Shown here one piece after another: positions 48,568 through 56,625 of a stretch of 64,000 bases of DNA (position 1 is its first letter; every line of letters starts with the position of its first letter). The notes below the pieces were generated by a model, which was not told where the DNA came from, made no database searches, and worked only from the letters and a program-made list of their open reading frames with translations. The position numbers were made by a program, and so were the translations under genes. Origin of the DNA: a virus. The stretch covers positions 5,815 to 69,814 of IMG/VR virus record IMGVR_UViG_3300027724_000010. One strand, given 5' to 3'.

Positions 48568-48978
48568 CTAATAATCATAATTTATATAAATAAAATAATC
48601 TTTTATATCTTCTTTTATTAATATTTGAAATAGTTCAATATTTGATTGAGCATGTCCTGATTCTATCATATTAATAACACTAGAAGATTGAACTGGTATT
48701 TTAGTATCTGATACACTAATAAATTTATCCCAAAAGGTTAACATAAATATATGTTCTCCATCTTTTGATATATATCCTTTAGAATTATTATTGTTTTTAG
48801 CAAATTCGTAAAAATATATAGGTTTTTTTATAACTTCATCATTTAATTTATCTATTGCTATTATAACTATAAAAACAAAAAATAAAAAAATAAACAAAAA
48901 ACCAAAACTATGCATAAATACTTCATTAGTCATAATACTGATATTTTGTAACCATATCGGGAAAAATATAACTATCAA
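48568..48978 (-). CDS. tandem-family small protein with an N-terminal TM helix
   Basis: hydrophobic FGFLFIFLFFVFIVIIAI and SVINMIESGHAQSNIELFQILIKEDI. Confidence 0.55.
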   Translation of the reverse strand: MIVIFFPIWLQNISIMTNEVFMHSFGFLFIFLFFVFIVIIAIDKLNDEVIKKPIYFYEFAKNNNNSKGYISKDGEHIFMLTFWDKFISVSDTKIPVQSSSVINMIESGHAQSNIELFQILIKEDIKDYFIYINYDY

Positions 48979-49306
48979 AATCTTCTTTAATTAAGATATT
49001 AAATAATTCTTTATTGTTTAAATAATGACCAGATTTTAACATACTTAAAATAACTTTATCTTTAATATATATTTTATTATCTGGTAATATTTTATAAACA
49101 CTACTATATGTTATCAGTATTGCATATTTAACTTCTAAATCACTAGATTTGATTGCCAGCTTTATTACAGTATCATTATGTATAACATAATTATAATAAT
49201 ATAAACCAGTATTAACTATATATGGTTCTTCAGTCATTTTACTGTGTAATATATATAAACTACAAATAGTAGCAACAATACTTACAATAGCTACAAACGC
49301 TTCCAT
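48926..49306 (-). CDS. tandem-family small protein with an N-terminal TM helix
   Basis: contains VILSMLKSGHYLNNKELFNILIKEDF. Confidence 0.55.
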   Translation of the reverse strand: MEAFVAIVSIVATICSLYILHSKMTEEPYIVNTGLYYYNYVIHNDTVIKLAIKSSDLEVKYAILITYSSVYKILPDNKIYIKDKVILSMLKSGHYLNNKELFNILIKEDFDSYIFPDMVTKYQYYD

Positions 49307-49680
49307 GTTATATTTTTACTATTTTTATTAAAATAATCATTAATCATTATCTTAAATATATCAGAAGATGTTTCATATCTTTCTTCTTTAATCATTTTAA
49401 GAATTAATTTATCTTTTAATTTTAATTTACATATTTCAGTTATATCTGTATGACTAGTAGGTGATATTTCGTCATATATACTACAAATAGGATGAATACT
49501 ATCATTATATTTCATTTTAACATGAATATTAAACAACTCAATAGAATTAACAATATCACTATATTTATATATTGTTAAATAGTAGTAAACATTATTTTCT
49601 AAATAATATAATCTTATTTGATCTATTAATAAAGGTATTATTGCACCAAGAATGAAAAAACCAATAGACTCATCTAACAC
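49291..49680 (-). CDS. tandem-family small protein with an N-terminal TM helix
   Basis: contains LILKMIKEERYETSSDIFKIMINDYF. Confidence 0.55.
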   Translation of the reverse strand: MLDESIGFFILGAIIPLLIDQIRLYYLENNVYYYLTIYKYSDIVNSIELFNIHVKMKYNDSIHPICSIYDEISPTSHTDITEICKLKLKDKLILKMIKEERYETSSDIFKIMINDYFNKNSKNITWKRL

Positions 49681-49957
49681 GTTTGGTATATTTTCTTTTT
49701 GGTTTTATAGTTGTTTCTACAACTTCTACATCTGATTCCACAATTGGTTCATTTACCTTTACACTTTCAAAGATAGGATCAAAAAATACATTAGGGGTAT
49801 CTTTGTTTATTTTATTATTTAATCTTTCATTTTGTTTATAAGTACTATTTGTAATTATAAAATTAAATAAAAACGCCAAAACCATAACACCTGCTATAAA
49901 TAAAAGAGCTAACATAATTATTATTTTAATAGATTTAAAAAAATGTAGAGATAGCAT
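49670..49957 (-). CDS. small membrane protein
   Basis: 95 aa with one TM helix; lacks the family motif. Confidence 0.45.
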   Translation of the reverse strand: MLSLHFFKSIKIIIMLALLFIAGVMVLAFLFNFIITNSTYKQNERLNNKINKDTPNVFFDPIFESVKVNEPIVESDVEVVETTIKPKRKYTKRVR

Positions 49958-49993
49958 TATACTATCTCTACGTATACTAATGATTGAAAAACA

Positions 49994-50794
49994 TTATTGT
50001 TTTTGTAAAAGTATATTTGTTCCAGATCCAAATACGTTTCCAGAACCATATTTACTTATACCTTTTCTCGCCCATTCTAATTCTATTTCTAATTCTTTTA
50101 GTTTTAGATTAGCTGGTGTTGATAATAGAGTTGCTGATTTAGCATCAAATTGAGCAGCTTCGTATTTACCTTTAGCTTCTGCTACAAGAGCATTACCAAG
50201 ATTAAGCTTTTCTTCTTCCATTTTAGATGCTAACTTATTTTTCTCTACTTGTTCAGCTGTTTTTTCTGCTTGTTGTGAGATGGTACCCGGTAAATCTACA
50301 TCTGTAATTTGTACTCTTGCAAAGGATAGATAGAAATTTGGTAATTCTTCAGATAAAATTTTACCAAGCTTTTCTTCTGCTTCTGCTCGTTTACTAAGAT
50401 TCAGATCTACTGCTGTATATTGAGGTATAACTTCTTTAGCTGCTGATTTTATTGTTTTTTCTAATTTAGCTTCTACATCAGTAATTTTACTATGTAATAA
50501 ATTTACTTTATCAGGAGTATAATTAAAATCTACAGATATTTCAACATTTGTAAGCATAGAGTTTAAATCATTAAACTCAAATTTTGATATAGTTGTTTTT
50601 TCTCTACAATCGTACTCTACCAAATCATCAAACATCCAATGTAACCCACCGTGGAATCCTTCTGGATAAATAGTTGTCATATTTGTTTCACCACCCCAAC
50701 TCACTTCTACACCCTTATGTCCAGGCGATACGCTTTCGCATGATCCCAAACTAAATACTAATAAAATAGATAAATAACTAAAAAACTTTTTCAA
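49994..50794 (-). CDS. SPFH/Band-7 (prohibitin/HflK-like) domain lipoprotein
   Basis: signal peptide with lipobox LVFSLGSC; SPFH core …ARVQITDVDLP… followed by an A/E/K-rich helical region. Confidence 0.7.
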   Translation of the reverse strand: MKKFFSYLSILLVFSLGSCESVSPGHKGVEVSWGGETNMTTIYPEGFHGGLHWMFDDLVEYDCREKTTISKFEFNDLNSMLTNVEISVDFNYTPDKVNLLHSKITDVEAKLEKTIKSAAKEVIPQYTAVDLNLSKRAEAEEKLGKILSEELPNFYLSFARVQITDVDLPGTISQQAEKTAEQVEKNKLASKMEEEKLNLGNALVAEAKGKYEAAQFDAKSATLLSTPANLKLKELEIELEWARKGISKYGSGNVFGSGTNILLQKQ

Positions 50795-50967
50795 TTTTTA
50801 ATGTTTTAAATGTGTTAAATAAAATCTTCATGATCGTTTTTATAGAGTCGATCAATACTCTCTTTTGAACCATCATCTGGTACTGTTCGATTAAAATATC
50901 GATATGTTACCCAAAATAAATAAATAACAATGCTAGGCGTTATTATATACAAAAATAGTTTCATTTC

Positions 50968-51249
50968 TTATTTTTTTCTTGTACATATTAAAGAACCCTT
51001 AGCATGAGCATCTTCTGCAAAATCAGATGCTAACTCAACAAATACGGTAGTATTGAAATTGCTACCTACGTCAATAGTTCTACAATATTTACCAGCATTA
51101 AACCTGCCGGTAGCTATTGCGTTACCAATTTTGCGAACAAAATTGTCCTTTCTAGAACATCTCGACGCTGAGAGTAATAGTTTTCCATCTACTACATCTC
51201 CTACAACCGTTACTCGATTGCTTTTGTGTTTACTGTGAAGTACTAACAT
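50968..51249 (-). CDS. hypothetical protein (GC content noticeably higher than its neighbours)
   Basis: 93-aa ORF rich in G/A/R/V codons. Confidence 0.5.
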   Translation of the reverse strand: MLVLHSKHKSNRVTVVGDVVDGKLLLSASRCSRKDNFVRKIGNAIATGRFNAGKYCRTIDVGSNFNTTVFVELASDFAEDAHAKGSLICTRKK

Positions 51250-51324
51250 AAATTAAATTAAATTTTATTCTTTATTCGCAATAAAAGAAGAGTTACTATT
51301 TCTAGTAACCCTTCACTCTCAAAA

Positions 51325-53163
51325 TTACGAACACATTTCTCGTACTAAGTCATACCGATTGGACTGGTACAAACTTTTTAATGGAGTATATATATCGATA
51401 ATATCCATATCAGATATTTTTGTAAATACCTGATTTATTGTACTCATATTATAAGTACAAATATGAATAACATTTTCGATATTATCGAAATATCCAGATT
51501 TATTTACAGAATCTCCAAGCTTTGGTACATCCCATAATACTATTACACCATCCCAGCTAAACCACTGTCTCATTTTCATCTGAAAATCAGCCATACTAGC
51601 TGCTGCGGAGTGAGAGTTGTTTAAATCACCATCAGATATTACAAGCATAACTTGATAATCGCTGACTTGCTCTCTTCTATGTGCTTTTTCTACTTCACTA
51701 GTAGAAGAATCTACCCATTTACGAATATTTTCAGCTATCCCTGTAAAGTTAGTTGAACCCATACTAGCATTAACAAATGCTCCAACACTATTAAAGTTAG
51801 TTTGGAAATCTGCTTCTCTATCTACTAATTTACTTACTACTACTGATTGTTTACCCATAAATCTATTATTAGATGTTAGAGCTGTACTTTGATCTGTAAT
51901 ACAATCAGTTGCTGTACCAAATCTAAATAGTAAGTTATCCATTTTGTTTGGATTCTTTAATAAAGCAAGAGTTGTTAACAATCTAGCAATCTGCATAGGT
52001 CTACCATTCATGGAACCACTACAGTCTACTATTGGTAGTAATGGTACATTAAACTCTACTTTGTCGAGTATTGCTTGTATTGTAACATCTGTGGCTTTAC
52101 CTTGTAGAAATTGCTCAAGATAACTAAACAAAGAAGTAGCACCAACGGTTACTTTAGCATCTTTAGTAACTTTAGCTAATTGAGCTTTCTCATTGTCAGA
52201 TAAACCAACAGTAGATGCTTTAGCTTCTAGAATACGTTTTTCTTGTTGTAGTTTAAGTTTAGATTTCTCCCAATCTAAAAACCATTTAGACAACTTGGTC
52301 CATTTAGTTTTTGGTTTATCATCACCATCTAACAATCTACGTCTAACTCTATATCTAGCACCACTTGGTAGCGTGTTTATCCAATTTACAAACTGTTCTT
52401 TATCAAACTCAGCAATTTTACCAGTGGAAAACAATACAAACTCTAAATTTTGATTATATTGTTTTTGCCATTCTTTATACCCAACAAATGCGGTATAATT
52501 TTCTTTTACATCAACTAACCACTCCATCTCTTTCGATAAATCTAATACTAATCTATGATAGCATTTCATTTTATCTTTGGTTCGATTCTGAAGTTGTCTT
52601 TTACCTGTAACTGTGCCGTCTTTTTTTTTAGCTATTCTAGCACTAGATCGTGGTATATGTACAAATTTTGCTACTTGATGTTTCATAAAAGGGTTGTTAC
52701 CCCTAATATATTTAGCAAGTAATTTTATCAATCCAGTATATGCAATAGGGTTATTTTGAATTATATTTAACAATCCCCATACACCAGTAATAGATTTCTT
52801 ATTAGTTTTTATTTGAAGAGTTACTAACTCTCTTAAACCAACATATTCTACTATTAAAGGCAAAAATTTTACAAATGTTTTAGGTTCAGCATTAATTAAC
52901 CAACTCACATACTCTATCCATTGTGGATTAGCAGCATTACCACCAGCATCTACTTTAGATTTAAATATGTTATGTTGTCGATTAGTAATATCACCTAAAC
53001 TGAAACATATAATATGAAACAATTGTATAAACATATTGTTATCCCCTGCTTCTCTTCTAGCAGCATCTAAATATTTAACAATTGATCCTTTTACGCCATT
53101 TTGAAATAGCGCAAATAAACTTTTTAACCCATAGAATGGGTTTTCATAAACTAACTTTTTCAT
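51325..53163 (-). CDS. von Willebrand factor A domain protein (CobT-like partner of the adjacent AAA+ ATPase)
   Basis: LPIVDCSGSMNG MIDAS motif in the C-terminal third; 612 aa. Confidence 0.7.
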   Translation of the reverse strand: MKKLVYENPFYGLKSLFALFQNGVKGSIVKYLDAARREAGDNNMFIQLFHIICFSLGDITNRQHNIFKSKVDAGGNAANPQWIEYVSWLINAEPKTFVKFLPLIVEYVGLRELVTLQIKTNKKSITGVWGLLNIIQNNPIAYTGLIKLLAKYIRGNNPFMKHQVAKFVHIPRSSARIAKKKDGTVTGKRQLQNRTKDKMKCYHRLVLDLSKEMEWLVDVKENYTAFVGYKEWQKQYNQNLEFVLFSTGKIAEFDKEQFVNWINTLPSGARYRVRRRLLDGDDKPKTKWTKLSKWFLDWEKSKLKLQQEKRILEAKASTVGLSDNEKAQLAKVTKDAKVTVGATSLFSYLEQFLQGKATDVTIQAILDKVEFNVPLLPIVDCSGSMNGRPMQIARLLTTLALLKNPNKMDNLLFRFGTATDCITDQSTALTSNNRFMGKQSVVVSKLVDREADFQTNFNSVGAFVNASMGSTNFTGIAENIRKWVDSSTSEVEKAHRREQVSDYQVMLVISDGDLNNSHSAAASMADFQMKMRQWFSWDGVIVLWDVPKLGDSVNKSGYFDNIENVIHICTYNMSTINQVFTKISDMDIIDIYTPLKSLYQSNRYDLVREMCS

Positions 53164-53194
53164 TTTTGTTTTTTTTGTTTTAAGTTAATTATAA

Positions 53195-54301
53195 TTAAAA
53201 TGCAAATTTTGATGTTGCACCATTAAATACGTATATCTTCTCTAAAGATAATTTATAGACTTCGTTTTTAATATCTTTAATTAAATTATCGATAACAAAT
53301 ACAGTATCATCTTCAGTTACACCTTTATCTTTAGCATTAATATACTCTGTTATTTCACTTATTAATCTTTCGGAATCAATAGTTACTTTAGTATCAACAC
53401 TTATTTCTCTTTTTAGTGATTCACATAAAGCTTCTGATGGGTAATAATAAAATATCCTATCATTATCATCACTAAATCGTATAGCATTAGAAGATACACT
53501 TGGTAATCTCATTGATTCATAATACGGTTTAGAATTTTTTGTTAACGAGTAATAATATTTATAATTTTCTTCTTGTATATTTAAACAATTCGAATATTTT
53601 ATAAAATTATTAATTCCGTGTATTTTTATTACACCAACAATACTATTACATATATCATATGATAAATTTTTTATTTTACTTAAGTAATTTAATAATTCTT
53701 TTTTCATAGATATTTCTATAATACTAGAAATAAATTCTAAACCTTCTTCTGGTAATAATCTATCGAATTTAAAATCAAATATAAATCTACCAGGTCTATT
53801 AAAAAAGTAATTACTTAATTTACTTTTATCGTTAAAACTACAAATCGTAATTACTTTTTTACCAAAATCTATTCCATCTAAAAATGTTAATAACGTATTA
53901 GATGAGTCTTCTTTTGCATATAATTTTTCAAACTCATCGAAAAATACAATAACATCAGAATTTATTCTATTAATAATATCTATAATAGTATTACCAGATA
54001 ATGCTTCATCTATAAATATTGTTGGTATTTTAGATTCAATAATAAAATTTTTAATGGTTTGAGTTTTACCCATACCACTTAAACCTGAGAACAATGCACC
54101 AAAACTATTTGATTTATTAGTGTGTTCTAATAATAAATTAACATATTCGTTAGATATACCAAACATTTTTTTATATTCGTAATTTGGTAATTTACTTAAA
54201 TATGTACCAGTCATTGTTTGTACAATTTTGTAAATACCTAGTGGTAAACTATCAATGGTTTCACCACTATTAAAATGAACTTCATTATTACTTTTAATCA
54301 T
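53195..54301 (-). CDS. AAA+ ATPase
   Basis: Walker A GALFSGLSGMGKTQT and Walker B VIVFFDEFEK. Confidence 0.7.
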   Translation of the reverse strand: MIKSNNEVHFNSGETIDSLPLGIYKIVQTMTGTYLSKLPNYEYKKMFGISNEYVNLLLEHTNKSNSFGALFSGLSGMGKTQTIKNFIIESKIPTIFIDEALSGNTIIDIINRINSDVIVFFDEFEKLYAKEDSSNTLLTFLDGIDFGKKVITICSFNDKSKLSNYFFNRPGRFIFDFKFDRLLPEEGLEFISSIIEISMKKELLNYLSKIKNLSYDICNSIVGVIKIHGINNFIKYSNCLNIQEENYKYYYSLTKNSKPYYESMRLPSVSSNAIRFSDDNDRIFYYYPSEALCESLKREISVDTKVTIDSERLISEITEYINAKDKGVTEDDTVFVIDNLIKDIKNEVYKLSLEKIYVFNGATSKFAF

Positions 54302-54339
54302 TATTAAAATTTTATATTAAAAAAAATATACTATAAGAA

Positions 54340-54378
54340 TCTATCCGTAGCGGATTGACTCGGATTCGAACCGAGAGT
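54340..54378 (-). ncRNA. tRNA 3'-half-like element (T-arm plus a second hairpin); not a complete tRNA
   Basis: minus-sense CTCGG-TTCGAAT-CCGAG T-arm followed by an ATCCG-CTA-CGGAT hairpin; no matching 5' acceptor strand, D-arm or anticodon arm found. Confidence 0.3.
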
Positions 54379-54411
54379 AACCATTTGTTATTTATTATGA
54401 GTATATTAAGG

Positions 54412-54517
54412 TAAAGCAGATGGGACTCGAACCCACGACCACGGCTTTATCAGTGCTGTTAAATTATTATAAGTAGATATTCTACTATACGTGCTCTACC
54501 AGCTGAGCTACTGCTTT
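54412..54517 (-). tRNA. tRNA-like gene with a ~35-nt insertion between the D-arm and anticodon arm; anticodon-loop-like CUGAUAA (Ile GAU-like); non-canonical
   Basis: acceptor AAAGCAG/CTGCTTT, D-arm GCTC-AGCTGGTA-GAGC and T-arm GTGGG-TTCGAGT-CCCAT are all canonical; the middle is 56 nt instead of ~22 and the anticodon stem is weak. Confidence 0.35.
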
Positions 54518-54559
54518 ATTAAAATACACTATTATTAGTCTAACCAATTGACGTACTAT

Positions 54560-54592
54560 CCATGCGGATTGTATAGGACTTGAACCTATCTT
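54560..54592 (-). ncRNA. tRNA 3'-half-like element (T-arm plus a second hairpin), driven by the conserved promoter copy 1
   Basis: minus-sense ATAGG-TTCAAGT-CCTAT T-arm followed by ATCC-GCAT-GGAT; the 3' tail CAATCCGC is shared with the element at 54340. Confidence 0.3.
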
Positions 54593-54606
54593 GCTCGAAA
54601 GCTATT

Positions 54607-54649
54607 AGTTATTATAAGTGTATTATTTGTATCTTTGTCAGATGCGAGG
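54607..54649 (-). promoter_or_regulatory. sigma70-like promoter, copy 1 of a conserved 43-nt element
   Basis: minus-sense CCTCGCATCTGACAAAGATACAAATAATACACTTATAATAACT has a -35-like CTGACA, ~18-nt spacer and -10 TATAAT; 42/43 identical to 55721-55763. Confidence 0.5.
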
Positions 54650-54758
54650 GGAGTACAGGATTCGAACCTGTGTTACGAGCACCCAAAGCTATTTTAAAGT
54701 ATTATAAGTACGTAAACATACTGTATATACGCGTCCTAAACCACTAGACGAACTCCCC
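54646..54758 (-). tRNA. tRNA-like gene with a ~39-nt insertion between the D-arm and anticodon arm; anticodon-loop-like UUUGGGU (Pro UGG-like); non-canonical
   Basis: acceptor GGGGAGT/ACTCCCC, D-arm GTCT-AGTGGTTTA-GGAC and T-arm ACAGG-TTCGAAT-CCTGT are canonical; the insert is related to that of the 54412 element (CGTATA…TACTTATAATAMTTTAA). Confidence 0.35.
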
Positions 54759-54977
54759 AAAAAATCATACTATATCTACAAATTAAAAGTCTGTTGCTGA
54801 AACCAGCTTAAGTTATTATAAGTATGATTATTTCTTAATTATTACTGAACATTACACAATTACTCTTTTCTATCTCTCCAGTATCTACATTAAGTGTAAT
54901 TACAACTGGTAATAATTTTGTTATTTTTTTACCTGTTACTGTCATGTAACAAGGTATATTTGCTTTTAAAGCATCCA

Positions 54978-55181
54978 TTATATCCTGGTTTTTAAAGTCT
55001 CTATTTCTTTTTTGATACGTTTTATATCCTTTTCTGATAATGGTGTACTAATAACAGCTATTTTATTACTGTTAGTAATATCTTTTATTCTGTTAACTTT
55101 AACACCAGATTTTAATTGATTTTCTAATCTATCAATTACTAATCTTCTTCTACCAATTGTTTTTACGGATTTGTTTATCAT
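54978..55181 (-). CDS. hypothetical small basic protein
   Basis: 67-aa ORF; ATGA overlap with the upstream gene. Confidence 0.45.
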   Translation of the reverse strand: MINKSVKTIGRRRLVIDRLENQLKSGVKVNRIKDITNSNKIAVISTPLSEKDIKRIKKEIETLKTRI

Positions 55182-55648
55182 GATAATAATTTGTTAGTGT
55201 CTGTTAAAAAAGTAGCTATAAAATTTCTTTCTTTAGTAGTTAAATTAAGTAACTCCTTAATTATCCACTGTATTGGTTGTAAATCTGGAGTAACTTTACC
55301 AGTTTCTTTAGATTTATGTTGATTTTTAACATTACTTTTAGTAAATCCATTTTTAGAACCAACCGTTATCATGGTATCTTGTTTCTTTAAAGTTTGATAA
55401 TAATATGCATTTATATTCTCAACTTTTCTATGTGGTAATTTTTCAGCTGCTATTACAAATGCATACTGTAAATTGTTGGGATAATCTGCTACACATTTTT
55501 TAATAATAACTCTTTCCCATTCTGCATACGGAATTCTTACTTGTTTTACTCCACTTTCTTGCTTCATTGTAAATTTGTTTAAATGTTTAAATAATGCGGA
55601 AAACAGAGGTCGTGATCCCCATACCTTACAGTACCAACACTTTAGCAA
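55178..55648 (-). CDS. hypothetical protein; the true start is probably the internal ATG at ~55568 (MKQESGVKQ…), since the annotated 5' end runs into a structured non-coding leader
   Basis: 156-aa ORF whose first ~27 codons lie in a GC-rich hairpin region. Confidence 0.55.
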   Translation of the reverse strand: MLKCWYCKVWGSRPLFSALFKHLNKFTMKQESGVKQVRIPYAEWERVIIKKCVADYPNNLQYAFVIAAEKLPHRKVENINAYYYQTLKKQDTMITVGSKNGFTKSNVKNQHKSKETGKVTPDLQPIQWIIKELLNLTTKERNFIATFLTDTNKLLS

Positions 55649-55700
55649 AGTGTGCTCACCCTGGTGAGTTTGCTTTCCGTTAAAAACACACTAATATTAA
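55590..55700 (-). promoter_or_regulatory. structured 5' leader / candidate cis-regulatory RNA downstream of promoter copy 2
   Basis: minus-sense CGGAAAGCA…TGTTTTCCG closing helix enclosing hairpins CTCACC-AGG-GTGAG and CACTTTGC-TAAAG-TGTTGG (CACTTTG/TAAAGTG), locally GC-rich. Confidence 0.35.
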
Positions 55701-55720
55701 TTTCCCTAAATCTTTTTATG

Positions 55721-55763
55721 AGTTATTATAAGTGTGTTATTTGTATCTTTGTCAGATGCGAGG
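55721..55763 (-). promoter_or_regulatory. sigma70-like promoter, copy 2 of the conserved 43-nt element
   Basis: same CTGACA-N18-TATAAT arrangement; overlaps the stop codon of the small Zn-ribbon ORF. Confidence 0.5.
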
Positions 55764-55912
55764 CCAACAATCTTCAAAATCTTCGGAACATTGTTCTTCA
55801 TATTCTAATAATAATTCAGTATTACATTTCGGACAATTATGTGATTCATTAATATTAGAATATACTTCTAATTCAAATAAATCATAATTACAATTAGGAC
55901 AATTCATTTTAT
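55757..55912 (-). CDS. possible small zinc-ribbon protein (51 aa), below the ORF-track cutoff
   Basis: MNCPNCNYDLFELEVYSNINESHNCPKCNTELLLEYEEQCSEDFEDCWPRI with two CxxC pairs. Confidence 0.35.
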
Positions 55913-56045
55913 TATTACTTTTTTACAAAATTTCTTAATATATTCCATATCTAACGTCTTAATATCAATAAATTTTGGAACACTACAAAATTGTTTTAAA
56001 TTAAAGTCGTATAAAAGATCATTTACCTTTAATGTTTTTACTTTC

Positions 56046-56462
56046 TTAAATTTCATAATCAGTTTTAAAATAATAGTTAAAAATTTTACATTCTGGATTT
56101 AAGTTTTTAAAATCGGGAAATAACGTATCACCAATTGTGTTATCATCGATATGTGAAATATGTAATTCGGTAAATATTGGTGCAAATTTTTCATAAGTTT
56201 TTTTACCACCAATACACCAATCACAAGTTGGACACCCATCTTCATTTAAATAAGAATGGATTACGATTTCTCTACCCTTTAATGGTGGAAGTGTTTGTGC
56301 TGTTCTCCAACCAACTAACAATGTACCTCCCATTGTTAATGTTTTAAAATGTTTGAAATCTTCTTTTGATTTCCATGGTAATCCATCGTTTAATCCGATG
56401 TACCCTAAATTGTTAACGGCTAAAATCGCTCTCATATTATTTACATTTGTTTTCTTCAACAA
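56046..56462 (-). CDS. dihydrofolate reductase
   Basis: AILAVNNLGYIGLNDGLPWKSKEDFKHFKTLTMGGTLLVGWRT…LPPLKGREIVIHS…GG and …GDTLFP follow the DHFR motif order. Confidence 0.8.
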   Translation of the reverse strand: MLKKTNVNNMRAILAVNNLGYIGLNDGLPWKSKEDFKHFKTLTMGGTLLVGWRTAQTLPPLKGREIVIHSYLNEDGCPTCDWCIGGKKTYEKFAPIFTELHISHIDDNTIGDTLFPDFKNLNPECKIFNYYFKTDYEI

Positions 56463-56625
56463 TTATCACTTCAGTTCCTTGATAAATTCTACCAGTACAT
56501 AAAAATTGATCAACAAATTTTTGTGCATCTTCATGTGTTTTAAAATTTGTTCACCCATTATGTTAAAATTAATTAACACAAATATACGTAAATTTTAAAA
56601 CCTAGAGAAAAAGATTATAACTTAT

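Larger units (their letters stand above)
46152..49680 (-). repeat. tandem array of small paralogous genes (gene-family expansion)
   Basis: nine or ten consecutive 94-136-aa ORFs share a C-terminal motif [IV]xxM[IL]xxxxYxxxxE[IL]FxI[LI][IV]KED[IF]. Confidence 0.7.

Noticed and set aside
50810-50965. ~50-aa hydrophobic minus-strand ORF between the SPFH gene and 50968..51249
   Set aside because: Plausible small membrane protein, but too short and compositionally biased to support on sequence alone.
54340-54378. The T-arm-containing elements at 54340-54378 and 54560-54592 as complete tRNA genes
   Set aside because: No complementary 5' acceptor strand, D-arm or anticodon arm can be found within 150 nt; the putative 3' acceptor strand instead folds into its own hairpin (ATCCG…CGGAT).
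56470-56545. Short minus-strand ORF (MGEQILKHMKMHKNL…) upstream of DHFR as a thymidylate-synthase remnant
   Set aside because: Only ~30 codons with two frames needed; no recognisable TS motif; treated as the DHFR 5' leader.
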